A program made the translations under genes and the position numbers. The notes beneath the pieces are model-generated. The model was given only the letters and a program-made list of their open reading frames with translations. It ran no database searches and was not told where the DNA came from. From Tubiluchus corallicola (lineage: Eukaryota; Animalia; Priapulida), in NCBI GenBank assembly GCA_030141605.1, contig JAQGDQ010000261.1:124001-188000 (forward strand): 64,000 nucleotides of DNA, in the 5' to 3' direction. Positions 39,964-52,084 of this stretch are shown one piece after another. Each line of letters opens with the position of its first letter. Position 1 is the stretch's first letter.

Positions 39964-41228
39964 GGCAGTTGCCTAGGGCGCCTAATTCTGGAAATAATTC
40001 TTAAATTTTTAAGTTTAACACGAGTAATAATATAGTGACTGATGCGTTACCAAGTTCTTGTACACAGTTTATATTGTATGCATAATAACGACTCCTTCCG
40101 TTAATAAAAAAAAAACTTTCATGCATTAGTATTTGTCTGATTATGGCAGATAAACAGCGCCGCCCAAGCAGCTAGTGGGTCTGGGGGGGAGCGCTGTAGG
40201 CTCTCACTAACACTAACAGATTTTCCTGTATTTAAGCACATTTTGGAGGCCTCAAATAAGATCTAAATTCTGATACATAGACTTCCTCAAATGTGAAAAA
40301 TTCTGCTTTAATAAATATATTTTACCCACATTTACCTAGGTAATATTCATCGTAGTCTATTGTAGTAGTCATATATCTTAAAAGCAAGTTCGTAATACAT
40401 TGCTGCGGAAGACCCATTACTTAAGTTTAATTTATTTAGTGTCAAGATTTTCCACCCAGCAAAATGTGGATAGTCAAACATAAAACTGATTTGAGATTGT
40501 TAAATTTTACAGCCCATCTACTGTTCATACAAAATTTAACAAGTTGCGTGCGCACTCATTTTTCCCACCGGACACAGGACGTCTGGGCCATACATGCATT
40601 TTACTGCATTTCAGACCATTTTGCCGTTGCTAGAAGCTATCTCCACAGGTAAGTTCACTAGTTTAGTTTACTCATTTCAGTATGTCACCTCATGCTCGTG
40701 ACTCATAATTTCATTATTACTGTGAAAGGGGGAGGGCCAGGCCCCTTCGGCCCACGCCCTAAATGCAGAAATGCTTTAACACTGCAACTAGTTAGCTAAA
40801 AAATCTATGCTGAATATAGCATTGTTTATAAACGTGTCATTGTCTGGTAAAATGCTTACAAACTGATATTTACTTAAAAGATGTAAACTCTTTCGGCAGC
40901 CTTTCGAGATGCAATATACTTCGCTTAGTAAACTCACCTTGGTGAAAGGCTAAATGGATTTATTAGGGTGTAGATTTATAACCTGAAGGGGCCTATTAAG
41001 TAGCGTTTTCTATCTTGAAATGTTATCTATCTTAACATGTACGTTTCTATCTTGACATGTAGAAAGCTTGCATATGGGCAGAATAAAATCTGTGCCTTTG
41101 TTTAAGTGGGTGCCGGCTGTTATTTTCATCTTAGTAATTCCTTTTCCCATCACCAATCAATATCCAGAGTCATTTGCTAAAAATTCAGGCATCATGATTA
41201 AAGTTCAGCACTTTCTGTATTTGCATAC

Positions 41229-41313
41229 CATTGTTATCTTGTGCCTGCACAATTCCGGGTGCAGAAAACAGAACGAAAGTTAAAACGAGCCACCGTGGTT
41301 TTCTCAACATCAT
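41229..41313 (-). CDS. Collagen B signal-peptide exon (MMLRKPRWLVLTFVLFSAPGIVQAQDNN)
   Basis: Acceptor TTTTCCTTTTTACAG|TC ATG (exon starts 41315); basic n-region, hydrophobic h-region, VQA|QD cleavage-like site; donor AATG|GTATGC is phase 1 and joins in frame to exon 27188 (G|AT = Asp) across a ~14-kb intron. LTFVLFS echoes FTMVLVS in gene A. Confidence 0.8.
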
Positions 41314-41469
41314 GACTGTAAAAAGGAAAATATATGTATAAGTTATTAAAAGTAATGGTGATACACTTTTACAAGTTAATTTAAAAGTATCATAGTATGC
41401 CTTGAAAGATAGAGTTTCCAAGTTTTTATCTGATCTACAACTCTTGAAAAATTAAAGCAACACACGAGC

Positions 41470-41800
41470 CTCATCATCATTAACATCGCCACCACCAACA
41501 CCACCACTACTATCACCATCACCACAACAACTACCATCACCATCACCATCATTATCAATATCGTGTACAACAACAACTACATCGGCATTGTCATCTTTAT
41601 CGTCGTCATTATCATCATTAGCAGCGACTTTTTTCATTGCCGTAATAATCACGAAATGTGGTAGCTTATTATCTCCATTCTTATTATCATAGGTGCAGTC
41701 ATCATTGTCATGAATTGTCACTATCTTTTTCGTCATCGTCAGCATCATATTATCATCATCAGCGTAATCATCGTCACCATAATCGTCGTTCACTATCACC
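41470..41800. repeat. Degenerate (CAT/CAC/CGT)n low-complexity tract
   Basis: Imperfect trinucleotide repeat; source of Asp- and Val-rich spurious ORFs. Confidence 0.85.
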
Positions 41801-41946
41801 TATACGTTTGTGAGCAAATAGAGCTGAAGAATATATTTCACATTAATCTTAGCTCAACATAACGCAAAATAATTCTTAAAGGTAGGAATAGTGACAGGTG
41901 AGTAAAATAATCCCACAATTACAAAACAAGGGAAAATATGGAAAAA

Positions 41947-41986
41947 CATGACGTTTCAAAGTAACACTGTACTTTATCTTCAAATG
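41947..41986 (-). ncRNA. Degenerate minimal type-I hammerhead ribozyme motif (Penelope-like element relic)
   Basis: Minus strand CAT-TTGAAGA-T-AAAGTA-CAGTGT-TACTTT-GAAA-CG-TC-ATG: stem I CAT/ATG, core (C>T)UGAAGA, 6-bp stem II, palindromic ACGT stem III and GUC site. Confidence 0.5.
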
Positions 41987-42784
41987 AAAAAAGGTAAATA
42001 AATCACATGAAACTAATTTTTTGCAGTGTGAAGTTATTACATGTATTCAGTTTTTGTTGTATCTCACTCTGTTCTGTGACGGTGACCAGTGATTTGATGC
42101 GTTTGTGTTATTTATTTGCTGTGCTTCTGTGTTGCTTAATTTCATGTATTAATAATATAAATAAAAACTCCATCATGCTGAAATAAGTTTTGGATGTCCT
42201 GTATAGTCTCACAATAGATTATTTATTTGTTTGTTTATTTATTTCAGAAGCTTACGCCCTAATGTGCCTCACCAGCCTGAAAATTACAGAAAGTATGTAC
42301 AAGTGTGAAAAAAGAAAATAAAAAAAGCTAGCTGACTAACATTGATCTAAAATATAATAAGTTGGGAAAGGTAAAAGCGACTGCATCGTAAGAGAAAACC
42401 AAGCATTATACAATAGTTCTGCCGGAATAGAAGCTAAATAACCAAACTAAAACAAATAAATTGACATACCTGAATAAACTGTACTGTTAAAACTTGAGAG
42501 TGAGGTTTACATTGAGTGAGTGTATAAGTGCCTGTGCTGTATTATTGTGACAGGCACATAAAATTGAATTGTTTGTGGTGTGTTACGCTAAATAAATGGG
42601 AGTTGAACTTAAGATAAAATAAAAATCAATTGAAATAGCAAAAATAGAAAAAGAAAGATCACTTGAAGAAGTACTACACTGGTAGTTCGAAGTGTTTCAT
42701 CATTGGTGACGCTAACGTCATTCGTCGGTGACATAAACTCTTGCAGCTTGTAGTGTTTTTAAAATCGACGTAAAAATAAATGTT

Positions 42785-42987
42785 TATCTTATCTTATCTT
42801 ATCTTATCTTATCTTATCTTATCTTATCTTATCTTATCTTATCTTATCTTATCTTATCTTATCCTATCCTATCCTATCCTATCCTATCCTATCCTATCCT
42901 ATCCTATCCTATCCTATCCTATCCTATCCTATCCTATCCTATCCTATCCTATCCTATCCTATCCTATCCTATCCTATCCTATCCTAT

Positions 42988-43019
<32 letters not shown>

Positions 43020-43039
43020 TATCTTATCTTATCTTATCT
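42785..43039. repeat. Compound pentanucleotide microsatellite (TATCT)15(TATCC)26(TATCT)10
   Basis: Direct reading. Confidence 0.98.
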
Positions 43040-43277
43040 TATAAGTGTTGTGTCCTTTCTTTTTCCTTGTCTTTTTTAATTGCGGGATGTTTTCATTTAT
43101 TGAGATTAATAATTACTCATTTCTGAGTCTATGACATATAACTTTTAGGCGACTTTTTTGAGGGCACTTCCTCGATTTTTTTCTTGAATTCATTTTTTTC
43201 ACTTACTCTCTTCTACCCACTAAAATAAAAATTGTCGTCCGCAATAAGTGTGAATAATATAAAGCTACAGAACTCAC

Positions 43278-43350
43278 CTTGTTATTTATGTGGGCGTCTT
43301 ATTCTTGATTACTCTACACACTCACACTTAGCCTCGGAGTGGTATTATGA
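43278..43350 (-). promoter_or_regulatory. Putative non-coding first exon / core promoter of collagen B
   Basis: Strong donor AAG|GTGAGT at 43278/43277, ~2 kb upstream of the signal exon; similarity to the 20010-20175 region. Start site approximate. Confidence 0.45.
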
Positions 43351-45810
43351 AATTAACTATGAGAAATAAATAGTGCTACAGTGTGTTTGAACATTATGTG
43401 TAACACGTGTTTGATTTTTAATGATATTTCTGATAAATGCCTTTACAAATATGGGTCACTTGTGAAACTAGAACGAATAATTGAAAGTGCAGAATAGGTC
43501 CCAATAAAATATTATCGGGTCCCCATTATGCGTAACACGTATTTAGTGCACATTGTACATGATAAATTCGTTTAAACAAGCCTCTTACTCTAAAAATAGA
43601 TATTAATTTGTTCTGAGTAGTATTTTAAAATGTTAGTTTACTTACGATGGACGCACAGACTACTTTCTAACTAATTAGATGCATTTTAATTTAGAGCCTA
43701 GATTAACTCATTGGTAATTATTTATTTATTTGTAATCTTATTTGCATATCACTACATAAATGATGAAGTAACGTTATAACATCATGTAAAATAAAATATG
43801 TGTTTTATAAAAAATAAACACTTATTAGCATATACATTATAATGTTATTAATTAAAGCTGTTTTATTTATTTCCATTTTAGCAAATATATCTTGACCAAC
43901 TGCATACGTAATCGTCAGCAACACTATGCAATACAATCATTCGACTAATTTGCTGACAGGTGATTTAAGTCAAACTATCGAGCATTTGTCTAGTTGATTG
44001 ACTAATTGACTGGCTGAATATGAACAAAGTACAAATGTACGTGATAAAAGCAACCAACCTAAAAACTTATTAACAGCATTATGAGCACAATCATGCATCT
44101 GCAAAGAGTATGTTAAAGGCTCAATTAACTAAAAGCAGAAGAATACAGACATCAATTTTAATAGGTCAGCGAGATGGCAAAAGTAATTAATAAGACCTGC
44201 TATCATGCCCTGGGCAAGTGCAGGTCTAAGGATGACTAAACACTTCGTGTGCTAAACTTAAGACGTACGTATTAAGATCCATGTTGTGAATTCGTATTCT
44301 GTAAATAAAACTAGCGCAATAATGTTTGTAGGTCATCATTTTCTCTACCTTTTCGCATTTTTGTGATTCTTATCACACCTTCTGCATGCTTTGATGAGTT
44401 TTATGAGTTGAACCATAACTTCAGTCTGTGACACTATGAACTGCACTACCATAGTGTACACACAACCACATTGCATGTAATTGTAAAATTGTAAACAGTA
44501 GACCAGTTTTGACTTATTTGATCTTAATGATGCTCAGTTATTAATGTAACTGTGACATATTTTGTCGTTATAATGTTGTAAATGTATATGCTTATAGTTT
44601 TATATGTCGCGTGTGTCCATTTGCTTTCCAATTATTATAGACGTGTGGAATCTGGTTCTATGATCGGACAGTTGTGTTTACTAGAATTCCAGACGCACGT
44701 AAATGGGCCTTGAAATTCGAAGGAGGATCTCGTAAAATCAACTGTTTTTTATTTAGAATTTTCAAACCTTAAAACTAGACAGATTATAAAAGATTACACT
44801 GATTACATAAATTTTCATGATTTGAAATGGATTTTTGTGTAAAAAGATTACATGACTTTACATGTAAATAAACGTTTTGTGACTTTAAATAAAAATTTAA
44901 AACGATTTTTATGCTTGCCATGCTATGTCTAGTTTTAAATTTTATTTAATTTTAATTTTATTTGCTGCAGTTACAATTCAATCTTACAGCTAATATTAAT
45001 TTGCAACTATTTCGTTCATTTCTACGAGTAAACAGAAACTTATTAAAATAGATTTAATCAGAACATTTTGCTAATATCCATTAGTATTTTCGGCTGCATT
45101 GATAATACACAGTCATCGTAAATTGGTTAGATATGTGAATTATTACAAGGACATGGTTGATTTGAAATGCTAAATATTTCACAAAACTAAATTTAAAACA
45201 TAACATTCTGAAATGTTCTGATTAAATTTCTTTAATAAGCACCATGTTCCAAAATATGATTTTATTCGAGTTTTTATATAAGACTCCCTAGGGTTTATAT
45301 AAATTCCCCTTTTAAGTGTGAATTGTGTGTGTGACAACCACTGGCACCATTTTTAACACTCTTTAGTATATTACATAAAAGAATAAGTAGTTTTGTCAGG
45401 AATGTGAAATAAGTGTTGTCATTTACTTTATCCGAGCACGCCAGAGTTCATCACATGTGGATAAAAATAATAAAAGAAAGATTATAAAACCTTTTCCATA
45501 CTAACTTTTAAGTCCAGATAAAAAAATTTTATCAAGAATTTTTTAACGACCGTCGAAGTAGTTTGATTAAAACCGATGCTATGCCATTATTATTTGTGCT
45601 TAGAAATAACAAGAACGAACAGAAGGACAAACAAACGTTAATGCTTTTTTATAAAAACGTGCGAAATTTTTTTAATAGTAATTTCAAAAATAATATCTCT
45701 ATAAATCACATACATGCATACATATAACGAAAATTCAATTAACCCCAACCCAGGTGTAATAAGAAGAGAGGAGAGGATAATTACCAAAGAAGAATTCCAT
45801 GGTCGCTGCG

Positions 45811-45938
45811 GCTATACTAATGAGTTATCATCAGGAGGTGGTACTGAGGGTCCGGTTATCCAGGAACACGCTATACTAATGGGTTATCATCAGGAGGTGG
45901 TACTGATGGTACTGATGGTCCGGTTACCCAGGAACACA
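45811..45938. repeat. Two-copy ~59-bp tandem repeat
   Basis: gctatactaatg(a/g)gttatcatcaggaggtggtactga..ggtccggtta(t/c)ccaggaacac occurs twice; the second copy has a 9-bp internal duplication. Confidence 0.85.
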
Positions 45939-47249
45939 CCTCCAAAACCAAGAAACCACAGCAGAACAGTTTGCTGGGGCTCACGCATTGCAGACTCCAC
46001 CAAACCAGAGGGCTAGCCAGAAGCGTCTCCGTTCACTCCTGTACTCTAGGAGTCAGCAAATGGCGTTGGGAGCGAGGGAAGTTCCTCATTCTCACACTAC
46101 GGCGGCAACCTCCTTAGCATTTCGAAACTCTACCGGAGACTGGTAAATCTGGATGTCTGCTCTTCCGCAACTCCACTAACAACTGTCATGATCTTCCAGG
46201 CCAGATGACGTACACGATGAAATTTCCTGGCTACTAGTAAAACTGCCAAGGAACCGTCTGGTCTCCTCTCAGAGAAATTTTATAATAATGAGAAGACAAA
46301 AACCACTATGTTTGAGGCCGCATTAAAATAACAAACTGATTCATGAGACATCAAACTTGCTGCAACAAAACGTGTAGCTTCAAACGCAGCTCAAACTCGT
46401 AATGGCGGCAACAAGGAAAAATTGCAGTTCAATGCTTTTGCAGGAGCACGAAAATTATCCTGTAACCATTTAAGACGTCTGGCAGGAAGATTGCCAACAA
46501 ACGTGGAAAAGGGAGAGGTATTAACGGATGGGCAAGAATGCAACCCAAACATAGAACAGAAGTGAATATTTTATTTGGAGTACAAAATAAACGTCAGCAT
46601 AATTTTAATACGTATATGACATCGTGACGCCATAGCGTGCACAACCCAACACGCTCCTGTTGCGAAATGAACTGATACAGAAATACACTTTCTAATCGAT
46701 CACACTTCTCTTAGCTCTGCATTTCCGTATGTGTGCTAATTTTAGTACTTGTGTATGTGTAGTATGTGTACATTTTGTCCAAATTTTAGTACAGTTCAGT
46801 TGAAAGTTATTCACGTTCTTGCAAAGATGGTAATTTCGTAGCACATTAAATTATAAATGGAAACAAAAAACTAAATGTACAGTGAGCGTCTGGGTTCTCT
46901 CGTTTTTCTGTATTTCATGCAGTCTTGCAGTCTTAAAAACAGCGAACTTTCAAGGATATCGTATTCAAATATCTTGAGAAGTTTATGTTGTACACCTCCT
47001 TCATAGACCTAACATAAGACTATAATTCTTTGCTTGCTTTATTCAACAGACACATGCGGTATAAATATATACACAATTATAAAACGTCCAGTGGCTTTGC
47101 TCTTTCAAAAAAATTGCTCCTTCATACCTAGAAAATCTGTTACTACATACAGTAGGAACGGTCATAGGGAATCATGCACTTCGAAATAGCGACCAATTTT
47201 ACAATGAATATCATAGAACTAGTCTTTGCCGCAGCTCTTGTTTGTGCTA

Positions 47250-48105
47250 CGACCCAAACCTGGAACAATTTGCCCAATGACATTAGAAATGCTCCCTCGC
47301 TTACTCAATTTAAATGTAAGCTGAACAACTTAGATGGGATTAGAGTTAGTAAGCCACCACCTCATTTTGCCGCTAATGCTAGGTTTGGGCAGGTTCACAT
47401 GGCACGGATGAGAATGAGTTGAAGTTTACTAAAAGCACACTTGTATTCTAATTTCATTGTCCCTTCTCCGCAGTGCTCCTGTGACGCTCCTTATGAAGAT
47501 CCCAACCATTTTCTTATGCACCGTCCACTTTACCTACAAATCCGTACCCAGTATATGTATCCTATAATTGCACTCACTCTGAGTAATATCCAAATACTAC
47601 TATGTGGCGATATCTCACTCTCTCCTGATTTTAACAATGCTACAGTATCTGCTGTTATTTCGTTTTTAATGAACGCTTTAATTAATATAATTTAATCCAT
47701 AATGCATTAAAATCTCTGAATTCTATCTTACAGCGCAAATTATTTATACTGTTGCGGCCCCAGCACTTTCATCTTAATTTTCGTTAGCTTCATCATCGCT
47801 CATTTTATTTTTATAGCTTTACATCGACATCAAACACATCATAACCAACTTGTCCTAGCCTTTCGCACACCGCTATTCGAAAAACAAGCTATATAACTTT
47901 TTTTCAGTCTCGTTCTTACTTAATGAATAACTAACAGTTCTTGTTATCGTGTGCCTATAGTATTTATAAATGACGCATCTACTCTCTGAAAGGCCTTTAT
48001 ATAGGATATACCTATTAGCCAATCTGCATTTAATTAATTGTCCATTGTACTTGTTATAAATGTGCTGGTGATTGTAATGTTTCTTGTCAAATAAAAATAA
48101 TAAAA
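47250..48105 (+). mobile_element. 3' end of a CR1/L2-like LINE with C-terminal Cys/His motif
   Basis: TTQTWNNLPNDIRNAPSLTQFK..L; HMARMRM; LKAHLY...SPQCSC..PYED..HFLMH.PLY; A-rich tail aataaaaataataaaaaa near 48090-48107. Confidence 0.75.
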
Positions 48106-48732
48106 AATTCTTTGACAAATGTACATGTTTTTCTCTTTTTAGTTAACAAAATATAAGAATAGTTTGTTCAACTTTTATATTTACAAAAAAATTCTACAAC
48201 AGTTTTAAGCAAAAGTGCATTACAGTAAAAAAAGTAACTTTTTTATTTATAACTTAAAAATCCGTAGTATACACATAATATTTACATTAACAAAAAATTT
48301 ACTCACGCGAAGGATGTTATTTATATAAAGGTCACATACGAGGTAAGACTTAATAAAACTCACTCTGAAATTGTAAAAATTAGTAAAAGTGTTAGTAATA
48401 AAATGACAGTAAATAGTCGTGTGCAAATAAATATTCACAACCTTAATGTTGTTGCGGGGCTGAGTTTCGCTCTGTTTTGCGTTCAAACTTTTTCACTCAC
48501 TCCAGGACATAGATATGCGGCCTGTATGTTATTTCAAGTCGTGTTAAAATAAAACACCCTATAAATTTTAAATGTACTAGTCTTACCTGATGGAATTCAT
48601 AAACCCCGCGTTGATTGGCTCTAAATTCGAATACTCACCTGTTTTCACGTGCAAGTCAATAAATACAAGTGCTGCATCCTGTTTCTTTGAGTTTGGTGAT
48701 AGCTTATGTTTGTAACACTAAACAGGACAAGC

Positions 48733-51575
48733 AGTAAAGGAAAGCTGTGTTTAATAATGATTTTGATTAAATTGGTGATTAAATTATCAAATTAATAATT
48801 CAAGATTAAATGCTTGACGATGCAAGATTAAACTATCCTCATGGATAGAAGCCTAGTTAGGTGTGGCATCACGTGAACAGCTGGTGTTCGACCGGCTGAC
48901 ACAGAAGTAAAGATTAATGATGTAATCCTTATGCGCAGAAGCTCACGGCGCATTAGGTAGTTAGACAAAAGTGTTTTGAAGCCCGCACCTCGGGAGAGAT
49001 TAGGATCTGACTTAAAGATGGAGGGCTGGCATGACTATCCTCTTATATTTACCGTGTTGTGTTTAATATTCAATAAATGTGTTGCTTATTAAATAAAGTC
49101 TTGATAGTTTGCCATGCCCATCGTGGCTACCTCAGACGCCATACAATAAACAACAATAATCAGCAAGCAGCTTTAACCACAAGAATAAGTGAACAGACAC
49201 TCAGTGCCGAATTCTTTAACCACAATTGTTCCTATAACTACTTTGAACATTTAATGGGTGGACGAATTTTCAATCAACTTTAATCCGATATGGTAGACAA
49301 CTTCAACTTGGGATAGTCCACAATATGGAGTTCCAGTTCCTATCTCAACAAAGAAGGGATGAGTGAGAGAGAGTGGAATACATGTTAAACACAAATGTTA
49401 ACGAGATAAATGTTAATGAGTGAAATTTTGCGAGATAAATTTTATTTTACACGAATGAAACTATTAATCAATCAGTGGAATATCATTTTAAACGAGCACT
49501 CTAATTACAGTATTTTAGGATGGATCTTTTTAATCGATCGATGGTATGATTTACTTAATGCAAACTACTATATATATTTTGAGTTCATTATAATCCAGCT
49601 TAATATAATTAGTATTAGTTGTAGTTTACACATAATGAAACTCGCGTATTCGCGCCTACGATAATCAGTTACGGCAAGGTGCAACAGATGGCGCCACCTA
49701 CATATACATTCTATTTCTATACGTGTTATGTTTACCATGTTGTCGAATTATAACAGTTAATCCTGTGTATTTAACCTTATATGATAAGCATGTTGTCGAA
49801 TAAAATATTTAACTTGCGTATTTAATATTTATAATTGTTTAATATATATATGCATCAGTAAAAAGTATTTTGATTCAAGTTAACCAGCCCTACCGTAGAG
49901 AACTTTCTTTATTAGGAAGAGAGGAGTAAAGGTAAGCTGTGTTAAATAATGGTTTTGATTAAATTGGTGATTAAATTATCAAATTAATAATTCAAGATTA
50001 AATGCTTGACGATGCAAGATTAAACTATCCTCATGGATAGAAGCCTAGTTAGGTGTGGCATCACGTGAGCAGCTGGTGTTCGACCGGCTGACACAGAAGT
50101 AAAGATTAATGATGTAATCCTTATGCGCAGAAGCTCACGGCGCATTAGGTAGTTAGACAAAAATGTTTTGAAGCCCGCACCTCGGGAGAGATTAGGATCT
50201 GACTTAAAGATGGAGGGCTGGCATGACTATCCTCTTATATTTACCGTGTTGTGTTTAATATTCAATAAATGTGTTGCTTATTAAATAAAGTCTTGATAGT
50301 TTGCCATGCCCATCGTGGCTACCTCAGACGCCACACAATAAACAACAATAATCAGCAAGCAGCTTTAACCACAAGAATAAGTGAACAGACACTCAGTGCC
50401 GAATTCTTTAACCACAATTGTTCCTATAACTACTTTGAACATTTAATGGGTGGACGAATTTTCAATCAACTTTAATCCGATATGGTAGACAACTTCAACT
50501 TGGGATAGTCCACAATATGGAGTTCCAGCTCCTATCTCAACAAAGAAGGGATGAGTGAGAGAGAGTGGAATACATGTTAAACACAAATGTTAACGAGATA
50601 AATGTTAATGAGTGAAATTTTGCGAGATAAATTTTATTTTACACGAATGAAACTATTAATCAATCAGTGGAATATCATTTTAAACGAGCACTCTAATTAC
50701 AGTATTTTAGGATGGATCTTTTTAATCGATCGATGGTGTGATTTACTTAATGCAAACTACTATATATATTTTGAGTCCATTATAATCCAGCTTAATATAA
50801 TTAGTATTAGTTGTAGTTTACACATAATGAAACTGGCTTATTCGCGCCTACGATAATCAGTTACGGCAAGGTGCAACAGATGGCGCCACCTACATATACA
50901 TTCTATTTCTGTACGTGTTATGATTTACCATGTTGTCGGATTATAACAGTTAATCCTGTGTATTTAACCTTATATGATAAGCATGTTGTCGAATAAAATA
51001 TTTAACTTGCGTATTTAATATTTATTAATGTATAATATATATATATGCATCAGTAAAAAGTATTTTGATTCAAGTTAACCAGCCCTACCGTAGAGAACTT
51101 TCTTTATTAGGAAGAGAGGAGTAAAGGAAAGCTGTGTTAAATAATGATTTTGATTAAATTGGTGATTAAATTATCAAATTAATAATTCAAGATTAAATGC
51201 TTGACGACGCAAGATTAAACTATCCTCATGGATAGAAGCCTAGTTAGGTGTGGCATCACGTGAGCAGCTGGTGTTCGACCGGCTGACACAGAAGTAAAGA
51301 TTAATGATGTAATCCTTATGCGCAGAAGCTCACGGCGCATTAAGTAGTTAGACAAAAGTGTTTTGAGGCCCGCACCTTGGGAGAGATTAGGAACTGACTT
51401 GAAGACGGAGGGCTGGCATTACTATCCTCTTATATTTACCGTGTTGTGTTTGATATTTAATAAATGTGTTGCTTATTAAATAAAGTCTTGATAGTTTGCC
51501 ATGCCCATCGTGGCTACCTCAGACGCCACACAATAAACAACAATAATCAGCAAGCAGCTTTAACCACAAGAATAA
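48733..51575. repeat. ~1.19-kb tandem array, 2.4 copies (units start 48733, 49925, 51120)
   Basis: Identical ORFs 49077/50269 and near-identical 49410/50602 (offset 1192); third copy truncated at 51575. Confidence 0.95.
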
Positions 51576-52084
51576 ATAAACTTTAATCAAATTTTAATCA
51601 GATTATTTTACTCAAGCCTGCACCCGTCCTCCCAGGACATGTCTTCCAACTGTTTCAGCGTAATATTAGGGAGTGGTAGGCCCTCAGGGGTAGATTGGTT
51701 TTCTGTGTTTTTCAAGTTTAGCCAGCTGTATGTTTCGGTCGTGAATAGGGAACTTAAATAATCTACTTTTTACTAAGTTATTAGGTAAGGTAAGTTCTTT
51801 TGGTCGGGCTTTATACCGCTCTTTTTAAGCTGGTGGGTGTCTCCCAGTTGCTTGCTTTGTTAATTCTGTCTCAGGACGGCGGAACAATATCAAGACTATT
51901 TTAATGATAGCATAAATCCACATTTAATTAAATTTTGAAATCAAAATTGAAAACCAGTAGGTAATTGTGAAAAAACTAGATTTAAACCAGAAACTTCTTG
52001 TTTACAAGGTAGACGCCATAAACCGTTAGAATTTAAATTATGACCAGCTAAGAGTCTTGAACTAAGCCTATAAACTAACTTATT

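Noticed and set aside
40938-40982. 45-nt phase 1-1 exon-like segment (CAG...AAG|GTGAGT) in collagen B intron 2
   Set aside because: Two in-frame TAA codons and a weak polypyrimidine tract; cannot be supported without transcripts.
48581-48720. Minus-strand donors CAG|GTAAGA (~48586) and CAG|GTGAGT (~48638) as exons of a third collagen or a further upstream exon
   Set aside because: No associated ORF, acceptor or similarity to the collagen genes was found.
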